Source of the DNA: Trichoplax adhaerens
Taxonomy: Eukaryota; Animalia; Placozoa
Reading direction: 5' to 3'
Length of the DNA stretch: 64,000 nt
NCBI RefSeq assembly: GCF_000150275.1
Contig: NW_002060949.1
Location: 5,365,767 to 5,429,766 of the forward strand
A program made the position numbers and the translations under genes. Below the pieces are notes generated by a model, which had not been told where the DNA came from, made no database searches, and saw only the letters and a program-made list of their open reading frames with translations. Of the stretch, positions 1 to 12,368 are shown in pieces (positions within the stretch are counted from its first letter, which is position 1; the number at the start of each line of letters is the position of its first letter).

Positions 1-2
1 AT

Positions 3-2220
3 GAAATGAAATTATAGCTATGGGATATCAGTGGTATCACAGAATTAATTATTCAACTGCTAGATAAAATTTTCATATTTTATATATTTCATTCAGTAGA
101 AATTAGGAGCTTCGTGCAAGTTCCTGCACTATATCTTTTAATCGATTCTTATATCATATACACAGACACATACGTATTTATTATTTTAACATGTCTTGAC
201 TATGAGAATACAATGGTAGCATTATCATTTCAACATACAGAGTTATAGCTAACTTTAAATCATTATGATTCTTTTCACTCATATATTTAAAAAGCCGGAC
301 AAATTTATGGGAATATAGAAAGAGTAAACATCATAACAATACGAATATTGTATAACTAAATAAATTCCTACAAATTTTTTTCATCTGTCAGACTCACAAT
401 TTTTCTCTAATATGGAACTCTAATTCGATAATTGAAACACTGCGTAGATGGTTTACTATAGAGAAGCTATGGGTGCTATTGGCGTTTATAGTGTAATCGA
501 GAAAAAAACTTTTGAAATTACTAAAAGGTGGAAAAGGGACATTGATAGCAAAGTCTCTCTTCCCGATGGTTCCTCAATTTCTGCAATTTTATTAGCAAAT
601 AAGGTAACTATAAATAGACAATGTTTATATGATCTTATAAGTTTATAAGTCTCTATAACAATGTAAAAGTTAAGTTAACATTCTATAAATAGTGTGAAGT
701 ACAGTTTCGGTATATGAAAATAGATAATGGTAATGATCGCTGATATAAATATCTATATTACTTAATCTATATTACGATGGTGCGATCAAATGAAAGTTAG
801 AGATCACAACGATCCAGAATATCTTGATTTATTTATCCAAGACAACGGTTATATAAAATGGTTTGAAACATCAGCTAAGACTAATCTAAATATTGACAAG
901 GCGTTCAGAAGTTTAGCAGAAGAGGTAAAATAATAATGGATGTGCATATATTAAAATTTGTAACCACTTTGAATTCCAACTTAAGCTAAGCTTGGCGGAA
1001 AACATCAATTTATTATAATTTCAATAACAGACTTATAAAAAATTACTTAAAGAGAATTACAATAACGGCAGAATTATTGACTAAACCAACCGAATTAATG
1101 TATCAAAAATTAGATTTACTTACAATTTAGGATTATCCTACTTACCTTCTTAATTCAGTACCGATTGAGCTATTTAACTACTAAACTACGGTACTTTTAT
1201 ATGCTAGGTGTAGTAGTTGATTGTATAGGACGATCGATATATCACTCTAAAGTATTCTAAACTAAACTAACAATTAATCGCATATGTTAAAATCAATTCT
1301 ACCCTAGAATCCAAAAATTACTAAATTAATATAATCATACTTCAACTATAAGTACAATATAACCAAAAACCTAAGATAAAGCTGCATTCTTAAACTAGAA
1401 CCCAAATCAAAACCTTCAGGTTCACATTATATTGCAGAACAAAGTAATACAACTTTTACTATACATTATAAACAAGATTAGGTACAAGTTTTATCCGAAT
1501 TAAAAGCGCAAATATTATAGTAATTAAACATATAGGTTAAATTACGTAAGATTTAAGAAAAAGTATACCGTTCAATATTACTAAGATATTACCTGAATAA
1601 AATAATCGGATTTACAGTTTACTACGATACCGTACTAAATGAAATTCATTGTAATTACACTAAACTATTAGTTACTTTTAAAGCAACAGTGCCAATTAAA
1701 ACACAAAATTTTGGATGAGAATTCTAAAAGCCAACCTTCATTATAATGAAATGTTGCTATGATCATTGTATTAATTCTTTTTATATACAGATAGGATAGT
1801 ATTTAGAAATAAATTTAATGATCACACAATATCTAAATCTACAGTACTATCAATGCTTTATAATTAAAAGGATCATTTAATAATGAAAATATGCAACTGC
1901 CACCGTAGCTTTGTAAATCGTTAGAAACAACTACAGTTACTGTATATATGCGTACGTTGGTGATTTATATTTCTATTAATTTACAATCTTTTTGCTTATC
2001 TTTATTCCTCTTTCTAGTTTTTGACATTATATTATTCTTTATATTTTGCAAATTAAATACATAATAACAATTTTACTGATATGTAATATATAACAGATCT
2101 ATGAAAGAGTCTGATAAACTCAATAAAAAGAAAATAGCAGATTCTGGAGCTGTCGATCTTAATGATTCTAACGATACTAACGAGAAAGAGCGACTGATGT
2201 TTAATTTTTGTATTTTTTAA
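3..2220 (+). pseudogene. Rab32/38-family GTPase paralog, probably a pseudogene; 5' end lies outside the window
   Basis: Exon remnants at 3-33, 295-323, 448-603, 781-924 and 2097-2220 align with the intact Rab32 at 12369-13959, including identical 29-nt and 144-nt exons. They encode KL*LWDIS, YYREAMGA, LLANK, CD and WFETSAK. Lesions: TAG at 15-17, acceptor GG at 779-780 and an extra base at about 2100. Confidence 0.75.
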
Positions 2221-3164
2221 TTTTGTTAATTTACTGCTATCACAAAATAAATGTAAAACTATACAATTTTATATGTATACTATTTATATGTACTCTCTTA
2301 TTCATTAGTTGCTTTGGTATCAGAAGGAAATAATGGTTATTGTAAATAACGATATCGTAAACTTTAGTAAATATTAGCTTTATTATCTTTTTTCTGATTC
2401 CTTGTTATTGGAATCAGATAATTATGAATCTGCCATATTTTATTACAGAAAGCCAAATTTCATTAATAGAGATACATTTAAAGTCTTATTTGTCTGATTA
2501 CTGTGTATTATATATTCTGACTGACTAACGAGACGTGAATAAATAAAGGGCTTTTTATGATTGGTTTTAAAAATTTTTTTAAATGTTGACTTTGAATACA
2601 AGTTACGAGTATATTGCAAATTGGAAACCAATATGTAGTACAATGTGCGTAGATTGTGTAGCCATACGCGTAAATATGGCAATAAATGACGTAATTATCC
2701 TCATATAGCACACCATAAAATATACGATACTGTACCTTTGTATGTAACCTCTACATTCATATTATTTTGTTACAGTTAGATATAGAATATGAATGTTACA
2801 TTATATACTACGCGTTACTATTATTGTCATATTGAAATAAAATTAGTTTAAAACACAGGCATTTTACTAGTGTGATTAACAGGATATAGCAGATATTAGC
2901 GATAAGTCAATGCTATAATAATTTTACAGATTATATGGTATTAAGAGTTTTTAATTTTAACAGTGTCAGCCGAAATAAACTGAATATGTTCTGTAGAAAT
3001 AAAATATAGTCAGCTAATTACCAAATAAGAGACAATAATGGCATAAAAACACACTACGAACAACGTAAAATTGACATAGATTATAGTAAAGTAATCGTGC
3101 TATTTTCTGATGCAAAAGTGATCAGAAATAAAGCGTCCGATAGAAATTTTTCCTTATGTAAAGT

Positions 3165-3640
3165 ATAAACGTTAAATACACAGTGTTTTAAACCTCCTTT
3201 TATTACAAAGATTGGCCAATTTGATCATTCTAGACAAAATATACTTAGCTTATAATTACCATACTTTGGGCATTGACTTCAAGACGAGTAAATTGATTTT
3301 GCACAATGTACCTCAGCGCTAGTATACTATTGTCTTAATCTGCGTCAGCAGAGTATAAATGTGAAATGTATAGTGTTTTAAATCTCTTCTATTGCGAAGA
3401 TTGACCAAATTTGATCATTCCAAGCAAGTGTACTTACGTAGGTCATGATTACCGTGCATGAGGTATAGTATTTTGACCTAACGACAATTAAACTTGATTT
3501 TGCACAATATACCTCAATACCACTACTATACTGTTTACTTATACTGCATTAGCAATCAATTATGGAAATGCTATACGATCGTTAGTTTTCGACATATGTA
3601 TATTACCTAAACGTTAAATATCTAGTGTTTTAAATCTGTA
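3165..3640. repeat. Degenerate tandem duplication, unit about 190 bp
   Basis: GTGTTTTAAA...AAGATTG(G/A)CCAA..TTTGATCATTC occurs at about 3183 and 3373, with a partial third start at about 3625. Confidence 0.65.
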
Positions 3641-4326
3641 TAGATATTTACTGTATGCACAATATAGCGCAATAGAGATCCTTATCACGCTTAAGATGAA
3701 TAATCGTGATTCTTATCCGAGTTATTCACCATGTTATAAGTTCATTCATCATGATTCTCAGTAAAATCTTTCTTATTCATTTGATTGATGTAGATTATAT
3801 ATCTTCTCTACTAAGATAAAGAAATGAAATGGTTTTATTGGGTATTAACTGATTTTCATTACTATGTTTAAGACTTGCTTGTATTAGCATTTTGCCGATC
3901 CTCTTGGAAATCAGTATTCAGCATATGTACGAACTGTACGTTAATTTATTAGACTACTATCTATGAAATTGTAGAATGACACATTTGATGTCCTTGCATT
4001 TTAAAGCATACGCTAACCTAAATATAACATTTGACAGTTGAGGCGTACTCACTCTCACCGAACAGAATTAATTGCAACACACACTCGAACCCAGGAAAAT
4101 AGAAAACCTTATGCATTTCTTATGGTATACTATTACTGCATAGACCGCTCACATATCGATAAGTATATGGAGTGATTATGTTCTCATATTCAGGAATAGA
4201 TCAAACAGTTATTACTAATAATATAAACTTCTACTTTAATTGTAATTAGCCTCTTTTATTGTGTCACATTCTCGAAAGATGCCCTATAGCATGGTACAAG
4301 ACAGAAGGAAACTTCGCACATTAAGA

Positions 4327-7300
4327 TTAGTTCGCTGAAACACCACAACGCCATGACAAGTTCAAATTCTCGGCAATAACTGCATACATATCAGCAGCTT
4401 CTTCGATCTTATAGATTGAAACAATCATTAAATCAAGTTAGGCAATTAGGTTTTTACTAAATTAAAAATTTGGATCATTAAAATGTAGATAACTAACAAT
4501 TTTGGCCGTAGGCTTTCCAGCACCATGTCCAGCTTTTGTCTCAATTCGAATGAGCAAAGGATTGATCTGTAAATGAGCCAAAAATATCATTATGAGCAGG
4601 AGAGAAAGAGAGCATATTATTATGAAATTAAGTTACTTAAATAAACAATTAACCGCTTACTTGGTGCGGTAAAGAGCCAAGTTCATGTTGTATAGCAGCT
4701 ATAAACTTATACGAATGCAGGGGAACAACTCTATCATCATGGTCAGCTGTCATTAATAGTAATGCTGGATACTGTATATTAGGGTTTGAAGAGGCCTTAA
4801 TGCTGTGGAGAGGCGAATATCTACAAGTATTACACAATGGCAATTGGTAATATTAGAGAGACAATTCAATGATACAATTAAAACGTGAACCGTAAGTTAA
4901 TCTTACTTTATAAGATAATTAAACTCTTCTTCGCTATCACTGGCACAACCATAATCAGTGGTCCTATAAATAATTAGGATTATTAGATGATTACATGAGC
5001 GTCTGTATTGAATAATTTAAATCTCAAATGCTGCTTAATTAAATGTACCAAGCATGACCAATAGTGAATTTGTGAAACTTCAGCATATCGAGGACTCTGG
5101 ATTAGAAATAATAAATAGATTAGCGTAAAACTTCTATTATTGTGAATTAGTTCATATTATGGACATTCATAAATAATATTCCGATAACAGCATTATACAA
5201 ATATATACCCGACTTGACTTATGACACAACGGAATAAATCTGGTCGTTGATTCATGCAGGCGCATACCAAAAGTCCGCCGTTCGAACCGCCATTGATTGC
5301 GATTAATCTTGAAGAGGTATATTTATTATCAATTAGAAATTCCGCAGCCCCAATGAAATCATCAAAAACGTTCTGTTTTTTGTCTTTTACACCAGCTTTA
5401 TGCCACTTTTCTCCATATTCACTAATTTTACGTCATTTCAAAATCAATATGAAGATTAAAATATCTAAATATTGTATAAGCTCTATACAGATGATTTTTA
5501 TTTACTATAAATATAAATTAGATTGTGTATACCCTCCTCCTCTGATATTTGGCACAGCTAGAATACCTCCCAAATGATAGATAAACATCAATCTGGAAAC
5601 ACTAAAAAACGGAGTCAAGGAAATATTAAAACCACCATAGCCGTACAAAAGTGTAGGGTGGCTACCATTTAGTTCAATTCCCTAAATATTCATAGAATTA
5701 TAAGATATGTAATTATAGGAAGATAAAAGGCAATTTTTGATAATAGTGAAATATTTTTACCTTTTTGTGAACAATAAACATTGGGATTGTAGTTCCATCC
5801 TTGCTTTTAAAGAAAACTTGACTTGTTACTAACTCAGATATATCAATGTCCTTCAGGTCAGTTTTCATAAATATCTATAAAAATAATTAATACCATTGTT
5901 GATAAACAGAAATTATATCATTTTCGATTTATTAACCATTAATATGACTTTTACTTCAGACTGAATGTTGTCTTTTCGAAGATCACAGTAATAAATTGTT
6001 CCGGGTGTGAGAAAGGATTTGAACTGATAGAAGATCTGTGAGTTTGCAAAAAATAGAAGACATTATTGAAGAAAAGAATTTGCGCTGGAAATATAGATCT
6101 TATTCACATAAATATACCTCAAATTGCGTTTTGCGGCCAGAGAAGCCAGCTATAGTCCCCACATCCAAAGGAAGAGTTGCAATTGAATCGCCCGAAATAG
6201 CGTCAAATATTAGAATAACATTCTAGAACAGAAAAGCTAGAATGACGATTTACTGAGTCAACTGTACTATACGATGGAAATAACATTTTAATTATGCTAG
6301 ATTTATACCTTGACATCCTGAAGATAGCAAACAAATAATTTATTTTCTGCTATACATGTTGCCCATTCAAGTACATCTTTTGAATGTTCCGGTACAAGAG
6401 TTGTCCAGTTATTCTGTTATCGTCATAAAACAATATTACGAACTTTACAAATATCCCTTAATCAATAAATTATCTACTGCTATCATTAAGAAGATTTATA
6501 AAAGTCAGATTTCGCCGTACGCATAGGCTTGAATCTCTGTTATTGTAGTGCAAGTATTAAAGTATATTCATATCATTAACTCTTACCATATCAGGATTAG
6601 TAAGATCAATGTTAATAAGCTTATAGTTGGGAGCGTTCAAATTCGTCAAAAACGTAAAAATATTTCCAAAATTGGTAACGTATTCGTACTTTGCGTCAAA
6701 GTTGTCCACGACTTTAATATATGGCAATCTTTCTGTAATTTTAAATTTAAAGATTTAGATATATTTTTTATGTTTATAGAATACTAGCTATCGATAACCG
6801 TTCACAGTGGAGGGATTAAACGTCTCTTTATGACTTGCAGTTATAAAATCTTATATCCATACTTATGCAGTGTAGGTGTGCACTGTACAGTTCAATCGCA
6901 ATTTTTAATTTTTAACAGGCTAAATAACATATCGTAAAGCTACTTTTTTATTCATACTAGAATGTTAACATAGCCGCTATGTTTCCTAAATTCTAGGACT
7001 GCAATCATGCTTCTTTGCTTAATTTAATAACTTTTACCGTAACTGACTAAAACGAGCGAGATCGTAGTTGGAAAGATCGTTATTTATATAATAATTAATA
7101 TTTATACGAACACTAGTACTTTTACATAGTGTTGGATTAAACATTAACGAAGCTTTATACGAACATGCACATTTAATTAATAGATAACATATTAACGCAT
7201 GACGCAAGAAATTCTAAGCTTCTTACCCTTTATACCATCAGTTAATTCAGCCAAATCGCAATAATAAAGTCGATTAACTGGATCACATCCTTCACATGCC

Positions 7301-9974
7301 TCCAAGACTACGTATCGACCGTCGTCGGTAACAGTTGCTTCACTGCAAAATTTTATATCGATTAACATTTTTTTTGTAACTCCAATGTATAGAAAATATC
7401 GTTTGTTTTAAAAACTGCAGAATTTATGGTCTAATGAAACATTGCTGCAATGATTAATAACAGCTTGCAAACATTCTTAACGATTCGTAGAATTCGTTAC
7501 TGCCTACTACTGACATAAAGTTTGTATAATATTTTTAGAATTGTAATTATCACTGTCCTTTCAAATAAGATTATGTTCTAAGATACGTAAACGTACCAAA
7601 TCCACTTTGGCTCATTGGGAAATTCTGCACAAAGAACATCTTCCGATTGTTGTGTTCCCAAATAGTGGTAATATAGCTTTTGATGAAGATTCTGCGAAGT
7701 TTCAGTTCCATCAGATTTGCTATCAACATGATAACGATTATAAAAAACTCCTTTGTTATCATGGGTCCATGACAACGAACTGAACTTTACATCTTTTAAT
7801 TCATCGGGCAACGTCTTTTGGCTATCAACTTCCATGAACTGTATACGTACATGAATATAAGAATATTACTGCATAAAAATAGCGGTAAATTGATAGACTT
7901 TGTATTCGTAATATTGTACTAGTTTCGCACAATGAAACGTTTGGATAGCGGAATGTATAAGCAAATGTGCATATTTGATATCATTTCACAAATATTGATG
8001 AACGCAATTTAAGTATACCCTAAAACATTATGTCAACCTAGTTGAATGACACTGTATTCAGTAGTTCCCTTACTAATTACAGATAATTTAAACTATGACA
8101 CTAACATGAATGGTTTTCCAATCTGATCCACTCTTCGATAGAGTATAAGCAAAGTATTGTCCATCCTTAGTAAAAGCATGTCTTGATAGAGCAATTGTAC
8201 CATCATCTGATAATTTATTGGGATCGAAAAACACAGTTCCTTCTCCATTGAGAGAGTCCTTGGTGTAGAGGACACTGGATAATTATGAAATATAAGCCAT
8301 TAGGCATGTGCTAAGTATGTACCCACATGCAAAGTGTGAATTCATGACCTAATTGATATATTTCGCATGCTTATATATAGTACCGTAACAAGTATACCAC
8401 TACTACAATACAGTAGATAGATTATGGTGAGCTGCGCTACACTGTACAATATTATTGGAACTAGTGACAGGATTACAGGATTAATTTGTTCTTTAATGCT
8501 AGCTGTACTCCCATAGTCACCTAGCAATATCTTGGCTGAATAGATTATCGTCTCCGTAAAGTACATGATGACTGCGAAATAAGTGTACTATCGATATTAT
8601 GTATAATACTTAATACTTATTGCTCGTAAAATATTAATTGACGTTCTTTTGTAATATTTTCTTAATCTGGTACATCATTTATGATTCATCTAAGTCATGC
8701 ATTTATACAGTAGATCTAATTTTATATCTTGCATCAACCATGAATTAAAAATTGATCGTTACTACATACCCGTATGTTAGAGTAAAACATCATCCTTTCA
8801 AGTTAATATAATTCTACACGAGTAATTAAGCTAACCTTTGATTTTGTAATCCAGAATTATAAAAGTAAAAGTATCTGTTGCCGCGTTTAAAAGGGCATCC
8901 ATATTTAGGATAATCGTACAACTCTGTCAATCTAAAAGCGAATAAACAAAGCAGTCATTCGATAAGAATCGTTCAACTTTATCATACCAGTCTTCCAAGA
9001 ATAATAAAATTCTACATCTTATTAAAATGCTCGACTAGTCGACTTTAAATCGTTCAACCTTATCATAGCAGTCTTACTGAAGTTACTGTAATGCTTGACT
9101 GGTTTTAAATCGTTCAACTTTGTCAATACTAGTCTTACAGTACAAGAATGATGAGATTGTATATCTTATGAAAGTATTTCAATGCTCGACTTGTATTACT
9201 TTCAATCGTTCAACCTTGTCCTACCAGTCTTACAAGTATAATGAAATTCTACATCCTATTAAAGAGTATTTCAATGCTCAACTTGTATACTGTACGTACT
9301 TTTAAATCTTGTCTTTGTTATAGCAGTCCTACAAGAATAATGAGATTCTACATCCTATTAAAGCATTCAAATATTGGACTTGTATACTTTAAATCGTTCA
9401 ACGTTATCATACCAATTTTGTAGTATAAGAATAATGACATTCTACATACATACTATTAAAGTATTCAACAACTGGACTTGTATACTTTAAATCATTCAAC
9501 CTTGTCCTACCCAGTCTGATAGTATCAGAATAACGAAATTCTACATTTCAATTCATATATTTCAATACGCGACTAGTATACTCCATTTAAATGGCTCAAG
9601 CTTGTCATAGCAGTCTTACACAAGAATAATGAAATTTCTACATCCTACTGAAGTATTCAAATGGTCGATTTGCATCCTTTAGAATCTACCCATTCAGGGT
9701 ATACTAGAAACTAAAAGTTCTTCATTGTCATCTACGACTTGGTATTACTGTACCTGCTTTGATACTGTTGGCGAATTTTGCATTTTTTCAGATATGCATT
9801 GGTAATGTCATTTTGTGCCTTAACAAATTCCCTTGTCTCCTCACTGTCTGGATCTTCTAACCATTGATAAGGATCAGCTACTTGTTTTCCATGATATGAA
9901 TCAAAAACATTCTCTTGTCGATGGATTTTGGGATAATGAATTCTAGACTGGGTGCTGTTCTCGGCGTCAGACAT
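4327..9974 (-). CDS. PREP: Prolyl endopeptidase (prolyl oligopeptidase, family S9A), multi-exon
   Basis: N-terminus MSDAENS...[13 protein letters not shown]; catalytic motifs GGSNGG (Ser), DHDDRV (Asp) and AGHGAG (His); beta-propeller segment [11 protein letters not shown]; stop TAA at 4327-4329. Confidence 0.96.
8968..9680. repeat. Degenerate minisatellite in PREP intron 1, about 8 units of roughly 60-120 bp
   Basis: Recurring block AATCGTTCAAC(C/T)TT(A/G)TC...CAGTCTTAC..AAGAATAATGA(A/G)ATTCTACATC.TATTAAA..ATTCAA. Confidence 0.85.
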
Positions 9975-12368
9975 GATGATCACAGGACGAAATTTTAGCT
10001 CTTTTCACAATTTCTGCTGCCAAGGCGCGTCAAATTCAACTCTTGAAAATTTTCAATGTTGATAATGTGTGAAATTGAGGTTATTGGAATGCTCTATGGC
10101 CAATAGATTGTATCCAATTCAATGATTGGCAAGTGTTGTACGACTAATGTAGGACGAAAAAATCAGTTCTGGATTGCTAGGAAGCGACAAGGACCAGTTC
10201 TGGCAGCGGTTGTCTAGTAACGTATTCATTACCATGGTGCTGTATAGCCTAAAGGACTACTGAATAACTCTAGTACAGTATGACGCAGTATACTAGACGT
10301 TGTATAGCAATAGCATCCATACTCCATATTGAATTTTAGATCTTTGAATATGTATTTGTTACTATACATTTATACTTCTATATAGGATCAAAAAAGAAAA
10401 TAATAACCGAGGCTAAGAGAACTTTCTCTTCAAAGTCCTAATAAAAGTAATGGAAAATTTACTAGATATGATAATTATAATCGATCTAAAATATACGTAT
10501 TTAGCTATTTAGCTGAACGGCGCCTATAGTACGTGTATGCCAACATATGGACTATTATTCACTGTACCATAGTAATAAATATTCCCTAGCTTTTATCAAC
10601 TATTTCTATAGGAATAGAATTAGCTTAGAAAGTACAGGAAATATGAAAAAATTACTTAATTTGGTGTACGGTGAATGATAGAGGATACTGTAACATTGTA
10701 TAGCTTATTAATGCTCCGTAGGGTGATAGTTTCTGATATTAATTCATGTACAGTACTCGTATAACCCGTATAATATCTTTCATTGGCCAAATTATTAATG
10801 ATAATATAGGAGCAAAATTAAATAATAAATTACTCTTCTTATGACATGATTACTAAATCGACAGTAAATGAAGCAGGCAATGAGATTACGCTTTGTACTG
10901 CAGTGAAAATTAAGAACTACGTTATTCTGCAGGTGACTATAGTAATTAAATTGATAGGGAATGAAATTAAGTCGAAATTGAATTATAGAATGAATTAGAT
11001 AATCCATCATAAATTGCTATCATTTTGCAAAAGAGCTGTAATGTCATCTATACTGCACATAGTATTGCAATTACTGTTAGATCTTATTTAATTAATTTAT
11101 TGTAGCACCTTAATATGAAAACTAGGGTTATAATGTTATAAATCGAACGCTGACTTTTCTCGCAAATAATCAATGAAAAATAATAAATAAAAGCTAGAAT
11201 ATTTCCAATCTAGACTACTGACATTAGACACAGTATCCTCTTTTTTGGTTATATTAAGGTTTCATTACAATCATTTTGACCATGGCATTAATAAGAGTAT
11301 TTGTACCCTACATATATGTTAGTAAATGAAGGAAAGTCTGATAAAAGAAATTCCAATAACAGATTACAAGTATAAACTTTGAAAAGCTTCGTCTGTAAAG
11401 TTGCATGACAGCCAACATGTTCATCTAAATACGCCGACTAAGAATATCCTTTACGATATTACTTTACAATCCGAAGCTCAAAATAAAACTCAGATTCGTA
11501 ATAAGATTCAACCAAAATGTTGATAATAGGCCTCATTTTATGGAGCAGTGTACAAGGTATACGGTCAGAAATTCCTGCAGCTAATATTGTAGTAAATGAG
11601 ATTAACAAACTACCAAGTAATGCGCAGTTTATACAGTCAATGTTGCATTTTAATTTAATGCCTGGAAGGACATTAATGTTGTACAATACAGCGTTTATTT
11701 GAAAAGTCTGACTTTCAAATTAATCAATAATATGAATATAAAAAATAAGTCACATGCTGCAACGATTGCACCGTCAAATCAATTGCTAAATTTCTCTTTC
11801 TAGAATAATAAAAAATTTTTAATTTTTACGATTAAAACTAAGTAGGTATATTCTTAGTCTGATAGTAAATTATTAACTTAATACTTACAAACTGATTACT
11901 CTAACAAAGACAAGATAAAAAATTTCAAATCAATTTCATCTCTAGAAATTAAAGAACGTATTCAGTGGCAGTATATCCATCCGTAATTGCGAACATTATG
12001 ACAGAGTACGAATATGACTTTTAAAAAATGTAAGAAATGCACTAGATACAAGCTAACTAGACATTTTTAGATCGAAATATTGAAAGTTGTAAGAATTGCA
12101 ACAATATCATATAGTATATTTTACGATTTTTAAAAGACTTTGTAAAATTATCATATCATTGGTTCGATAGTGTAGAATCGAATGTAGCATTACTAAGCAT
12201 CATAAATCATTATAATGATCTTATTTCGTAAGCATAAATTTACAGAAAATATCATTGAGTCAATACTGCTTTTATCAATCAAACAGTAATTGATTGATTG
12301 ATTAGCAGAAAGAAATTATGCGATAGGCTTTAAATACTATCAGCAACAAGGTATGTACATACTGAATT

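Noticed and set aside
15-17. In-frame TAG as readthrough or genetic-code change
   Set aside because: TAG terminates WDR35 and FAM8A1 normally, and the same gene carries other lesions.
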